DNA from: Chiloscyllium plagiosum
Taxonomy: Eukaryota
NCBI RefSeq assembly: GCF_004010195.1
Contig: NC_057760.1
Span: 3,444,117 to 3,492,882, forward strand
Length of the DNA: 48,766 nt
Reading direction: 5' to 3'
Shown here: positions 8,443 to 21,644 of the stretch, piece by piece
Layout of the letters: each line of letters opens with the position of its first letter
Position numbering within the stretch: the first letter of the stretch is position 1
Position numbers and translations under genes: made by a program
The notes under the pieces: generated by a model
What the model was told of the DNA's origin: nothing
Database searches by the model: none
The model's input: only the letters and a program-made list of their open reading frames with translations

Positions 8443-11336
8443 TGTTATGACACGGTCGTAAACCCTTCTGCTAATTAAACCAAACACACAGAAAAGCTCA
8501 CCTTGCCTTGTGATCTGTTAAAGTATTAGTGACGGAAAACTACCCAGATTCCACTATTTAAAGAAAAAAAATAACAATTTTATTCTTTAACTCCAGAAGT
8601 GAACATTAACCAACTATTTACAGCTCTAAGTCTCCTTTCTCCTAACTGATTGGTTAAATTCGAACTGCTGTGAAAACAACGAGGTATCTAGTTTACATCT
8701 TTAAATTATCCAGTACACTTAGTGCCTGCTGTCAGTCACATGACGGATGCGTGCCAGCTTTTCAGTTTTCACTCTCTCTTAAAGGTACAGTACACGCCTT
8801 CAGCTTCACAACACCTCCCCCCCTTAAGAAACGGCAAACCATCCTAATGAAAAGAGGGCTTCATTTTTTTCTCTCTATTTCTTAATCCCATAGGTATCTG
8901 TTCAATCTTGTCTATACATTATCCATTAAATCCGCGATAATGCATCTGCTATCACATTCTTACAACCTACAATATGCTAAATATCTGTTTGCCTATCCCA
9001 AATTACCACTGTCTCGGGTAACAGGTTAGAGTGCAAATATGTTCTATTTGAGACTGGTTAGATCCTGTAACCCTTCTCCCCCTGTTCCTTCTGAGTAAAC
9101 TTTACCCATAGAGGTGAATCCTTTGTACAGATCAGGTACTAACTCCATACCCAGCCCCTGCCTCGGCTGTGCACTCTCCTGCAGCTCCTCGGCTCCTCNN
9201 NNNNNNNNNNNNNNNNNNNNNNNNNNNNNNNNNNNNNNNNNNNNNNNNNNNNNNNNNNNNNNNNNNNNNNNNNNNNNNNNNNNNNNNNNNNNNNNNNNNN
9301 NNNNNNNNNNNNNNNNNNNNNNNNNNNNNNNNNNNNNNNNNNNNNNNNNNNNNNNNNNNNNNNNNNNNNNNNNNNNNNNNNNNNNNNNNNNNNNNNNNNN
9401 NNNNNNNNNNNNNNNNNNNNNNNNNNNNNNNNNNNNNNNNNNNNNNNNNNNNNNNNNNNNNNNNNNNNNNNNNNNNNNNNNNNNNNNNNNNNNNNNNNNN
9501 NNNNNNNNNNNNNNNNNNNNNNNNNNNNNNNNNNNNNNNNNNNNNNATAATCTCTTGCCCCCTCATCTGACAGCGCTGCAAATGCCTCACTAGCTTTGCC
9601 TACCAGTTTAGTCTGACCTAGCATTACCCGAAAGTCCTCTGACCACTCCATCTGCCGAGCCAGTTTTTCAAATGAAATAAAGAAGGCTTCGACATCTTTC
9701 TCATCAAATGTGGCATTATTTTAACATATTTGTGTAAATCACTACCTTCTCTCTTCATCTCCATCCTATTAACGACTTTGCTGACTAAGTTGCAACTTCT
9801 GAAGTTCAAATTCTCTCTCTTTCTCTCTCCCTTTCCTTTCCTCTCTCTCTCTCTCTCTTTATCTTCTAACTCCATTTTCTTCAATTGTAATTTAAGTTTT
9901 TCTAACACTACTGCACTTGTCTGTTTCTCTGACAGAGCTAAGTGTTTGAGTAACTCCCTTACAATTACAGCTTTCTTTTTGTCCTCGGTTAAGCCCAATT
10001 CTAACCTCTTTGCTAATTATAGAGTCATAGAGATGTACAGCATGGAAGCAGACCCTTCGGTCCAACCCGTCCATGCCGACCAGATATCCCAACCCAATCT
10101 AGTCCCACCTGCCAGCACCCGGCCCATATCCCTCCAAACCCTTCCTATTCATATACCCATCCAAATGCCTCTTAAATGTTGCAATTGTACCAGCCTCCAC
10201 CACTTCCTCTGGCAGCTCATTCCATACACGTACCACCCTCTGCGTGAAAAAGTTGCCCCTTGGGTCTCTTTTATATCTTTCCCCTCTCACCCTAAACCTA
10301 TCCCCTCTAGTTCTGGACTCCCCGACCCTCTAAAAGTCTGGTCTTTTTCTTTCTTTCTAAGCTTTCTTGGCAAATTAGGGAATCGTCTTCAAACTCCGAA
10401 CCTCTTTAGCAATTTTAAGAGCCATTTCTCTCACTTTTAAATTAACCAACCACAAGTCAGCAAAAATTAAACAAATTGTATCATCCATGTTTTATTTAAA
10501 GGTCTAGGAAAGTAATCGGCAAGTGTTTAAATCTGCTCGGATCGTTTGTATCTCAATCTGTTCAAATCTATCCAGATCTTAGACTAGATCTGTCTAACCT
10601 GTCCAAATCACAGACCTGAGCCCCCAAACTGTTAGGACACAACGATAAACCCTTCTGCTAATTAAACCAAACACACAGAAACACTCACCTTGCCTTGTGA
10701 TCTGTTAAAGTATGAGTGACAGAAAACTACCCAGATTCCACTATTTAAAGAAAAAAAATAACAATTTTATTCTTTAACTCCAGAAGTGAACATGAACCAA
10801 CTATTTACAGCTCTAAGTCTCCTTTCTCTAAAAAGTTTGTTATCTCCCTCCCACTCTATAACAGTCTACTGATCCAGCAAAGCCCCTATTAAACTTACAG
10901 CAACTCCAGACAGCAGCTATTGTCTCCGGAGTCAATCTTCCCCTGTAGATCTCTCTGGGACATATTCGGTCATCTACTTCAAAGATGTTTCATAGGAAAA
11001 AGGTACCTTTTGGGGAGTGTTTTGAATAGCAGTCTTTCAATGGCGGAAGGTGTTCTTTCTCTGCCTAACTGTCAAAATACCTGTTTTTTTATACCCCAAA
11101 CATCAGATTGTCTCATTGGTTCGATGTTGTCAAAACAGTAAAATCCAACTTCAATTGGGTTTTAGTATCTTGGGGCATAATTTAAACTGGTTAAATTCGA
11201 ACTGCTGCGAAAACAATGGGTATCTAGTTTACAGCCGAATGTTACATCTTTAAATTGTTCAGTACACTTTGTGTCTCCTCATCGGTCAGCTTCACGCTTT
11301 CTTAAAGGTACAGTACACGCCTTCAACTTCATAACA
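8443..11336 (-). mobile_element. Internally deleted Gypsy-type LTR retrotransposon (gag remnant, probably Gmr1-like)
   Basis: Direct repeats TGTTA...AACA at 8443-8813 and 10630-11336. On the minus strand, TGGGGGCTC (tRNA-Pro-like PBS) follows the 5' LTR and AAGGGGGGGAGG (PPT) precedes the 3' LTR. The frameshifted gag includes DEKDVEAFFISFEKLARQMEW...KLVGKASEAFAAL...DY. Confidence 0.8.
10019..10328 (-). mobile_element. CR1 3' fragment nested in the Gypsy gag
   Basis: Encodes RGNFFTQRVVRVWNELPEEVV; tail ctctatgactcta. Confidence 0.9.
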
Positions 11337-11461
11337 GAGTGTAAAAGCAGATCCCATAGAGTTGATGGGTTTTAAACTAATAATTATGTGCTTGAGGACA
11401 ATGTTTTAAGTGTCTACTGACCAGGAGACTTGGCTTATGTGGGAAATAGTCAAACAATCGC

Positions 11462-11570
11462 GCTCTCTCTCTTTCTCGGTGTTTTTCTCTTGCTTTCTTT
11501 CTCTCTTTTTCTTTCTGTCTGTCTTTCTCTTTCGTTTCCTCTCTCTTTCTTTCTCTCTCTCTCTTTTTCT
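11462..11570. repeat. (CT)/(CTTT) low-complexity pyrimidine tract
   Basis: Seen directly in the sequence. Confidence 0.85.
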
Positions 11571-11849
11571 CATGTGGTAGTGTCGGTCCAAAGCTAATCC
11601 TTGTGGCTGTACAGACTTCTGGCATCACCTGAACCAAAGGGAAGCTGCACATGATTGAAGTTTCCTCGAGTGCAATAAATTGACAAGCTCGCATTTGCCT
11701 TTAATTATTAAAATGCATTAGCTACAGTTTTGCTCATTCACTTGATCTTTGAAATTCTTTTTGTACGCAGTCCATCTACACTGCTTACAATGCTGCCTAG
11801 CTTGTGTCATGGACATATTTGGATCAGAGAATCATGGGATAGAATCACA

Positions 11850-12190
11850 GATTCCCTACATTGTGGAAACAGGCCCTTCGGCCCAACAAGTCCACACCGA
11901 CCCTCTGAAGAGTAACTCACAAAGATCCATTCCCCTGCCCTATTATTCTATATTTATCTCTGACTAATGCACACAAACCAATACATCCTTCAACATTACA
12001 GGCAATTTAACATGGCAATCCACCTGACCTGCACATCTTTGGATTGTGAGAGGAAATTGGAGCACCCGGAGGAAACCCACAGACAAGGGGTGAATGTACA
12101 GACTCCACACAGACAGTCGCCCGAGGTTGAAATCAAACCTGAGTCCCTGGTGCTGTGAGGCAGCTGTGCTAACCCCTGAGTCACCGTGCT
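11850..12190 (-). mobile_element. HE1-like tRNA-derived SINE (decayed)
   Basis: Reverse complement of the SINE at 19229-19537. Confidence 0.85.
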
Positions 12191-12816
12191 GGCCCACAGT
12201 GGGGGATATGGAGCTTTTGTCCCACCATCTAAACGATGAATAAACGAGTAACCGCCATTATCCTGTCTCTCTCTGCTGCTATTCATCCATTTCCTTATAT
12301 CCAGGTCAATGATTTGTCCTCAGTTTCATAGGCATCATCCTTAGCTAACACTTATGACAGCCATAAAAACAGACAGCATGCTTCATGAGCTGACTCAAGA
12401 AAGCAGTTTTTTGCCATCCAGTTCTGATATTGTAAATGTGTTAGTGATAAATGGTTGTAATACTCTCTGCTGTTAAACTGGTTTTAACTGTTATTTATAT
12501 GGGAAGACCTTTTGTTGCAGTGAGAGACTTTACCTCTTTCTCTTCTTTATCTGATATTGGAAAATGCAGGCTGTTCGATTTCTGGGCCCGTTGTAATTCG
12601 TGGCCGGATTTGGTTGCTGGTGAATAACCCATTGTGACCTTTTGTTTCCACATACTCCATATTACTCTAGTCACGGTCTGTTGAACAACTTTAATATTAA
12701 CAATGTTAAAAATCAAGGACTCATGATATAAAATATCTTTGATATAGTGCACCAGCTCTTCTATAACCTGAATAAATATTGCACATTTCAAGCAAAATAC
12801 TTTTCTTCATTTGTAG

Positions 12817-12945
<129 letters not shown>

Positions 12946-13863
12946 TGATGTGAGTATGGAGCAGCACTGGAATAGTTTCACAAGCAGCTTCTAAACAGCG
13001 TCTCAAAATTCAAATATTAAGCAGTTGCATCAGTCTCGTAGCACAAAATGGCCCTACTTTCTTAGCATTACAAGTGGAATAAATGAACTAGCTGTGATAA
13101 GTTACTGAGGCCAATCATGTGAGGGAACTGGATTGACGTCTGAGCCACAGTCAGTGACACACGGTGCTGGAGACAAATACTGAGTAGCATAATGAGGAAA
13201 CTGGATTAACATCAGCAGAAATAGTGACACGGTGAACTGAGAGAGTTGTTGTCAACTAATAGCATGAGAGAGCTGCTTTAACATCAGTAGAGATACATTT
13301 ATTGAAAATAGGACCTCTGGGTGCAGAGGTTACAAATGAAAATGTAAAAAAGGGAAACATAACAAAAATGAAAGCAGAAAGTACTGGGAAACCACAGGAG
13401 GTCTGGCAGCATCTATGGAGAAAGAAAGGGAGTTAATGTTTCAGCTCCAATACGGTGCAATGGAAGTGAAAAGAATTGAAAATGTGATGGGGTGTGGGGT
13501 GGTGGTGGGGGCAGATGTGGGGGGAGATGGTCACAATAAACGAAAGGGAAGGTCAGGAATAGGTCAGAGGTTGGGAAAGTTTAAATGACAATGATATCAT
13601 TGAACGAAAGGCAAAGATACTAGTGATGGAAGCCCTGGTCCACATGGAGTGTTAATGGCAAAATAAAGAATAACTCTCTCTGAAAGAAAGAGAAGCCATT
13701 GAAACAAATTACAGACGGCCAGCTGGTGAAACATGGAATCAGACTGGAGGGCAGAGTTTGTGGCCTGAAGTTAATGAGTCCAGAAGGCTGCAAAATGTCG
13801 AGCTGGAAGATGAGTTGTTTTATTTATTCATGAGATGCTGCCTTCTTGAACAGACAATCAAGG

Positions 13864-14008
13864 TATTTTTCAATGTATCATTTCAGTTACATCACACTGT
13901 AAATGTTTGTGCGTTAGGACTGAGCCCTCCACTACCACCTGACGAAGGAGCGACGCTCCGAAAGCTAGTGCTTCCAACACTAACCTGGTGTTGTGTGATT
14001 TTTAACTT
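13864..14008 (+). mobile_element. Penelope-like terminal repeat fragment with an intact hammerhead core (13936-13970)
   Basis: Similar to 5875-6040; contains cacCTGACGAaGGAGCgacGCTCCGAAAgctagtg. Confidence 0.7.
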
Positions 14009-14019
14009 CTTGAACTGCT

Positions 14020-15050
14020 GAAGGCCATGTGCTGTTAGGTAGGGAGTTCCAGAATTTTGAGCCAGCAACATTGAAGGAATAGTGACACAGTTTAAAGTCA
14101 GGATGGTGACTGGTTTGGAGGGGATCTTGCAGGTGGCGATTTTCCCAATGTATCTGCTGCCCGGGTCCTTCTAGATGGTAATGGTGTGGGTTTGAAATAT
14201 CTAAGGAAATTTAACAAAATTCTGTGCTGCACATTGTAAACGGTACACTTTGGTGCTATAGTGCATCAGTGGTGGTGGGAGTAAATGTTTGTGGATGTGA
14301 CAGGGTTCCCAATCTCTGACCTGTTCTGTCGGCACAGTATTTATATGGCTCGGCTAGTTCAGGTCCTGGTCAGTGGTATTGGATGTTGATAGTGGAGAGT
14401 TCAGCAATGGTAGTGCTAATTGAATGTCAATAGAGGTTAGTTAGATTTTCTGTTGTTTGGGATGGTCATTGCTCAGCACTTGTGTGGTGCAAATGTTACT
14501 TACCATTTGTCAGCCTAATACTGGATATTGTCTGGGTTTTGTCCCTGTTTGGACATGGACTGCTTCAGCATCTGAGGAGTTATGAATGGTGCTGAACATT
14601 GTGCAATCATCTGCAAACTTCCCCACTTCTGACCTAATGATGAAGGGAAGGTCATTGCTGAATCAGCTGAAGGTAGTTGGGCATGGGACACTGCTTTGAG
14701 GATCTCATGCAGAGGTGACCTAGAGCTGAAATGACTGACGCCCAACGACCACAACCATCCTGATACCACATGGAGTGATCGAATTGGTTGAAGTTGTGAT
14801 GGTGACAATCTCTGGAGAGGGCTGAGATGGCTGAAGATTGTATTTTACATTCATGGGCAGCCCTCTCCCCATATTATTGAGGATAGGAATATTTGTTGAG
14901 CCTCTTCCTCCAATGAGTTATTTAATTGTCCATCACTGTTCACAACTGCAAAGCTTAGATCTGATTCATTGGGTGTTCGATCACTTAATTCTGGCTGTCA
15001 CTTGATGCTTCTACTGTTTGGCATGGAAAGCATGTTGTTGCTTCACCAGG
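14020..15050 (-). mobile_element. Old LINE (CR1/L2 group) RT remnant
   Basis: Its 3' part is reverse-complement similar to 29270-29410; decayed FADD-region sequence lies near 14600. Confidence 0.6.
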
Positions 15051-15604
15051 AGTGACACTTCTTTTATGGATGTGTTTTTTCAAGCTTGCAGGACAGAAAT
15101 ATGAGCTTCAGAACAAATGGTGACTTCAAATGGCAATGCCCTTAACCCATTTTATCACACACCTACCGACCTTCAGATCTGAAAAACAAGTTATAATAGA
15201 TGCTGCCAGATCTGGGGGAGGGGATAGCACTTTCTGTTTTTATTTCCAGTTTCCAGCATCCCCAGTACTCTCCCAGTGTGAGGGATTTGGATGAGTATCT
15301 GTCAAGATACCATAAGTGAAACATGATGCTGGGGTGGAAGGTTATTGAGCTGGACTAACAGTAGCTACGAAGCAACATTGAATAATACGATGGATACTTT
15401 GAGAGACAGAATATTTGAATTAAATTTGAAGGTAATGACCAAATTATGTAAATAAAATTATTTTTGCTTTTCACCTGTTGCCCCCCATTCTGTTAAACAT
15501 TGTGTCTTATTCTGTGTTGATGATGGGACACAAAGTGCTATTGTGAAGATGTTATTGTGCCAAAATCTGAAGCTTTGGATAAAGGCCATTACAATACGTT
15601 ATAC

Positions 15605-15875
15605 AAGGGAAAGATATAAAAGAGACCTACGGGGTAACTATTTCACACAGAGGGGTGGTACGTGTATGGAATGAGCTGCCAGAGGATGTGGTGGAGGCTG
15701 GTACAATTACAACATTTAAGAGGCATTTGGATGGGTATATGAATAGGAAGGGTTTGGAGGGATATGGGCCGGGTGCTGGAAGCGGGACTAGATGGTGTTG
15801 GGATATCTGGTGGGTGTGGACGGGTTGGACCGAAGGGTCTGTTTCCGTGCTGTACATCTCTATGACTCTATGACA
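15605..15875 (+). mobile_element. CR1 3' end
   Basis: Encodes VRVWNELPEDVVEAGTITTFKRHLD; tail ctctatgactctatgac. Confidence 0.9.
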
Positions 15876-16053
15876 AGGTACTGGGAGGAGGTATTACTGA
15901 GTGACTGATGGAGATGAAATTTCTTTAGTAGGAATGCCGTCAGTAATACAGGGGTGTGACTGTGTGAGAGAGCTGGATTATCGAAATACAATCAGTAACA
16001 CAATCAAGTTGGAAAGAATTTATTATGCATTCATTCATTTGGATTCTATTCAG

Positions 16054-16158
16054 ATTGGACAGAGTATGCACCACTGTGCTGCTCACCAGGGACACCTGAA
16101 TATTATCTGCTACACAATGGAGGAGCTACAGGAGGTCCCACTGGACAAACCTGATGAG
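16054..16158 (+). CDS. ANKDD1A: ANKDD1-family ankyrin exon
   Basis: 105 nt, ttcag|...|gtgaga, encoding IGQSMHHCAAHQGHLNIICYTMEELQEVPLDKPDE. Confidence 0.88.
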
Positions 16159-17024
16159 GTGAGAGCTATTGCCAACCAGAGGTTCACTGCTGTGGTGCTC
16201 ATTAACTGTATTTCATATACTGTAATACTTGTACACTCTGTTGCTGTGTGTATGATCTGATGGTGTGAGTATTAAATAGGGATTTCCCCAGCTTACTGTT
16301 GGTTTCACTGACTGTGTCATCCCACAGTTCTCAATAAGGATCAGGAGAAAGTGAATGGGACCTGCTTATCTGCAACTATCCTTTGGTCCGGGCCCTCTGC
16401 TGTGATAAACGAGGAGGCATTTGTATCACTCTTCTGTTTTCAGAGGCTCTCGGAAGGTTGGGAGGCAATGGCTTTGTGGCATGGTCCAGGTCCCAATCCT
16501 GCCACGTCCGATGGTGGAATTGGAATTCAGCAAATATCTGGAATTAAGAGTCTCGTGATGACTACGAATCCATTGTTGATTATCAGAAAAACCCACCTGG
16601 CTCACGAAGGAAACTGCTGTCCTTACCTGGCCTGACCGACACGTGACTCCAGACCCACAGCAATGTGATTGACTCTTCACTGCCCTCTAGGCAATTAGAG
16701 ATGGGCTATAAATAGTGGTCTAGCCAGTAATGCCCTCATTCTGTGGATGAATAAAAATCTGAAATGTCCTCTCACTCTTGCGTACTTATGCCCTTCTCTC
16801 ACCTCCTGCAATTTTCTTGTTTTGTTGATACTGTCCTGGTAGTCAGTGTCTTTCTTTCTTGGTATTCTTCGTTTTCAGATACCTAGCTGTTCCCATTCCT
16901 ATCCACATGTGATGGTATTAAAGGGGGATGTGTGTTGTGTGGCTGGGATGCTTGAGCAATGCAATTCGATGCACAGAATGTCTGTGTTTCTGTCTCAATT
17001 ACTGGACCACATTTTGTTTTTTAG

Positions 17025-17123
17025 GCTGGAAAGACACCATTACTACTAGCTGCAGAAAATGGCCAGTTGGACGTAGTGATGCATCTTCATGCCCTAGGCT
17101 GTGACCACCAGTTTCAAGACAAG
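17025..17123 (+). CDS. ANKDD1A: ANKDD1-family ankyrin exon
   Basis: 99 nt, ttttag|...|gtattt, encoding AGKTPLLLAAENGQLDVVMHLHALGCDHQFQDK. Confidence 0.9.
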
Positions 17124-17238
17124 GTATTTTCGGTGTGGATGCCAGGCCCCTACCCATCACCGTACTAAATTCTTGCTGGTCTCAACATGATTTGTCCCAT
17201 GGTTAACATTAGGTCTCTAAAACTTCATTTCCACCCAG

Positions 17239-17334
17239 GAAGGAAATAGCAGTATTCATTTGGCAGCGGGACAGGGCCATGTGCATGTGCTGGAGAATCT
17301 GATCGAGGGGGTCTGCACTGAGGTCAAAAACAAG
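17239..17334 (+). CDS. ANKDD1A: ANKDD1-family ankyrin exon
   Basis: 96 nt, cccag|...|gttagt, encoding EGNSSIHLAAGQGHVHVLENLIEGVCTEVKNK. Confidence 0.88.
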
Positions 17335-18399
17335 GTTAGTGATGGACCAATGCACAGGTTTGTATGTGACCATTTGCCCTGCAAATTCAAGACAGTCAGA
17401 GATCCCAGTTGGATGGAGGTGTTTGGAGGTAGATTTGTACCTTGCAGTTTCCATCATTGAGAATTGGTGTTGCACTGTGCAGTATTGCATAGCTGTACTG
17501 GTCACAAACATTCTATTAGCTTCTCAAATTACTTCTTATACATTCATTTTACCCTGAAACTGTGGTTGTTTGATGTATGCTTTTAATGTCTAAACTCCTA
17601 ATTACATTTTTAAGAATGTAAAGATTGTTTCGGTTTCCAGATTGGATTTTCGGAGTGTATTACACTCTTGCTTCAGTGGGATTCGCACCATGCAGTGGGA
17701 TGCTCATTTACTCCGTGCGACTCAGTACTACATTAGATGGGGTTTTTTGCTCTGTGGGAATCGGTGCCAAATTAGGTGGAGTGTTCTTCCCTTTGGGATT
17801 CAGTGCCACATTGAGGTGCGGAGCTACCCATGTTCCTTGGGGAGCAGATGGTCAGTTCTGTAATTCTGTGGAAATTGTCAGCAGATGTCACCTTTCCAAG
17901 ATTCATTGCACAGAGCAAACTTAACAACCCTCTTGGGCAAACACATGAAGTTTCGAATAACCACACCCAATGATGCTGCTGACGCTGCTTCATGGTTTGG
18001 ATTGGGATTGCATAGAATCATTGAATTTTACAGTTTAGAATCAGGCCATTCCACCCATTGTGTCTGTGCCAGCTCCTGACAGAATTTGCCAGCTGGTCCC
18101 ACTTGCTAGCCCTATTTCTGCAGCCCTCAAATTTCATCCCTTTCAAACATACATTCAGCCGTCTTTGGAAACCTGTGGAATCTGCCTGCACCGATCTCCC
18201 AGGCTGTGCATTCCAAATCCTAACAAGTCTCTGAGTAACGAAGTTTCTCCTCATCTTACTCCTCACTTTATTGCTGACAATCTTGAAACTGTGATCCCCA
18301 GTTACTGGCATATCAGCTAGTGAAAACAGAACATCTTTCTTTACCCTGTCAAGTCTTTTCACAACTTTGACTGTCTCAATACGGTCACCTCTTAATTTT

Positions 18400-19760
18400 C
18401 TGTAGCAAATCTCCCTGCCAGTATGTTAGTCCCCTTCCAATTCAGGTGCAATCCGCCCTTCTTGTACAGGTCACTCCTACCCCAGAAGAGATTCCAATGA
18501 TCCAAAAATGCGAACTCTTCTCCCCTGCACCAGCTCCTCAGCCATGCATTCATCTGCTCTATCCTCCTATTACTGCCCTCACTCGCTCGTAGCACCGGGG
18601 GTAATCTAGAAATTACTACCCTTGAGGACCTCCTTTTAAATTCCTATCTAACTTTTCATATTCTCCCTTCAGAATCTCATCTTTGCCCTTCCAATGTAAT
18701 TAGTTTCAATGTGTATAATGACCTCTTGCTGGCCCCTCTCCCCCGTGAGAACATTCTGCACCCTCTCTGAGACATCCTTGATCCTGGCACCAGGGAAACA
18801 ACACACCATTCTGCTTTTTCTCTGCTGGCCACAGAAACGTGTGTCTGTGCCTCAGACTAGAGAGTCCCCTAACACAATCGATCTCTTGGAACCCGACGTA
18901 CCCCTCGTTGCATTAGAGTCAGTCTCGGTACCAGAAACTCAGCTGTTTGTGCTACATTCCCCTGAGAGTCCATCACCTCCTACATTTTGCAACACAATAT
19001 ACTAGTTTGAGGTGGGAATAGCCACAGGAGACACTTGCTCTACCTGTCTACCCCTCCTACCTTTCCTGGAGTTAATCCATCTACCTGACTGTATCTGTGG
19101 CTTTTCTCCCTTCCTATCACTGCCATCCATCACATCCCCTAGCTCCTGTAAATTCCTTATTGCCTCTAACTGCTGCTCCAAGCGATTCATGCGTTCTGAT
19201 AGGATTCGCAATCACTTCCTGCAGATATGGGCAGCACGGTGGCACAGTGGTTAGCACTGCTGCCTCACAGCGCCAGAGACCCGGGTTCAATTCCCGCCTC
19301 AGGCGACTGACTGTGTGGAGTTTGCACGTTCTCCCCACGTCTGCGTGGGTTTCCTCCGGGTGCTCCGGTTTCCTCCCACAGTCCAAAGATGTGCAGGTCA
19401 GGTGAATTGGCCATACTAAATTGCCTGTAGTGTTAGGTAAGGGGTAAATGTAGGGGTATGGGTGGGTTGCGCTTTGGCGGGTCGGTGTGGACTTGTTGGG
19501 CCGAAGGGCCTGTTTCCACACTGTAATGTAATCTAATATAATCATCAGTAACATGGAAATTGTCCCTAAACTCCGACATCTGATAGGAAGAGCACATCAC
19601 TCTACTAAAAACCATCTTTGCACCTTCACAATCTACAGACCTAGAAAATAGCACAGTTTTGTTGCCATTAAAAAAACATTGCTCCAGGCTAACTTAATCC
19701 AGGCTTATATTTTTAAAACTTAATCAAGAGACAGATCTCACTAAAACATATAATCAAGAA
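18400..19760 (-). mobile_element. CR1 5' region with ORF1 (SGNH esterase-like), split by a SINE
   Basis: Encodes NAWLRSWCRGEEFAFLDHWNLFWGRSDLYKKGGLHLNWKGTNILAGRF and coiled-coil RMNRLEQQLEAIRNLQE. A related piece lies at 33620-33915. Confidence 0.8.
19229..19537 (+). mobile_element. HE1-like tRNA-derived SINE (well preserved)
   Basis: A box GGTGGCACAGTGG and B box GGTTCAATTCC, a conserved central domain, and a CR1-like tail GGGCCGAAGGGCCTGTTTCC followed by a taatc-type tail. Confidence 0.9.
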
Positions 19761-20740
19761 AAGCTGAGCTGGGGAAACTGGCCATTCTCCTTTCATTGTG
19801 CAAATGCTTTTTAAAAAATGTAAAAGCCTTTGCCTGTTAGCTATAATCAAATGAGCCCTAAAACCCTTCGACCTCAGATGTTTCGGAGTCTGTGTCTTTC
19901 ATGACCTCTCTAAAAAAAGCCAAGGGCAACATAACCTTGTTAAAGGAGCAGCATCATCACATATTGAACCTTATTACATTAAGATCGCTATTTCCCAAAT
20001 GCTCCCCCACTCTGATATTCTTCACTTGGCTTTCCTCATTCCCTTGAACCGTATCCAGCACAGCTCCCTCCTTTGTAATACTGAAAATGTACTGTTCCAA
20101 AAAGTAGTCCTGCACACATTGCAGGAATTTCTCCCCTTCCGTGTTCCACAATCTATCTTTTTCTCAGTCTACCCTTGGGTAGTTGAAATTAGCAACTATC
20201 ACAACCCTGCCTGTCCTGTAGATGTCCATAGTCTGCCTGCAAATGCTCTCTCCTACTTCCTCTCGATTATTTTACACATAATTACCCAACAAGTCACTGC
20301 TCCTCTTCTGTTTCTTCCCTCCAAACATTTAGATTCTGCTTAAGGAGCTGCATCTCGTTCAAGGGCAATGAGACCATCTCTGACCATGATGGCTACACCT
20401 CCTCCCTTTGTACCCTTATAATGCAGTATGTTAGCTATCCAGGTCCTGTTCTGGCTTGAGTCATGTTTTTGTCAGTGCTACTATGTCATCTCCTCCAGAG
20501 CAATGTTTGCTTCTAGTTCCCCAGTTTTGTCCACAATACTCCATGCATTTATGTACATACAACAATTTAACCTTGGCCTTACCTCTTTCTTGCCTATTGA
20601 CCCTCCTGATCCCCTTCTCTGTCATGGTGAGCGAGTTGATTTCTCCCAGAATCCTCCTCAGTCGTTTCTCACTGTCGCCTGTATTTCAAATGGACCACTT
20701 TAAGGAATATCATTCCATGTCTGCCAATATTTTGTTTCAG

Positions 20741-20839
20741 GCTGGACAAACTGCCCTACATCTTGCAGCGGAAGGGGGTCACTTCAACTGTGTAAAATTG
20801 CTGCTTGACAATCAATGTCAGATCAACGTGTATTGCAGT
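20741..20839 (+). CDS. ANKDD1A: ANKDD1-family ankyrin exon
   Basis: 99 nt, tttcag|...|gtgagt, encoding AGQTALHLAAEGGHFNCVKLLLDNQCQINVYCS. Confidence 0.92.
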
Positions 20840-21419
20840 GTGAGTACAAATGTGAAGCAGTCTAAGTACAGGTCTAGAGCCTGAAGCACATAGTGTGGGT
20901 ATGTGGTGTAATCCTACAGAGCTGTTCCACATAACAGTGTAAACATTGACCACTTACATTTATACAACATCTTTAAAGCAGTGAAAATCCCAAGGCACAT
21001 CAATGGAACTTTATCAAACAAAATTTGACATCTAAGATATCTAATGATCACATTTGGTCAAAGAGGTCAACTTTCAGGAGCATCTTAAAAGAGGGAAGAC
21101 AGCCGCAGAGGATGAGGGAGTGAATTCCAGAACTTTGAAAGAGCTTGATAACAGAGGGTACAGTTGCCAGTTGTGGAGTGACTGAAATGGGGACGGCTGA
21201 AAGCATCAGAAATGTGACAGTGTAGAGATCTTGGTGAGATTTCAGGTGTGAAGAGATTACAAAAAATAGGGAGGGGCAATGTCACAAAGGGATTTAAAAC
21301 AAGGGTGGAAATCTTAAAAGTGAGGCATTGCTATCATTGGGATCAAGTATGATTTAGCAATCACAGACTAACAAATAATAGGAGTAGGAATTAGGTCATT
21401 CAGCTTTTCAGTCCCACCA

Positions 21420-21644
21420 TTCAGTATAATCCTGGCTGATCACCCAACTCAGTACCTGTCGCTGTTTTCTCCCCGTTCAGTATAATCCTGGCTGATCACC
21501 CAACTCAGTACCCTGTCGCTGTTTTCTCCCCGTTCAATATAATCCTGGCTGATCACCCAACTCAGTACCTGTCGCTGTTTTCTCCCCGTTCAGTATAATC
21601 CTGGCTGATCACCCAACTCAGTACCCTGTCGCTGTTTCCTCCCC
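21420..21644. repeat. 56/57-bp tandem repeat x4
   Basis: ttcagtataatcctggctgatcacccaactcagtacc(c)tgtcgctgttttctccccg repeated four times. Confidence 0.95.

Noticed and set aside
19229..19300. tRNA gene
   Set aside because: The A and B boxes belong to a SINE head that continues into a repeated body and LINE-like tail; no full cloverleaf is evident.
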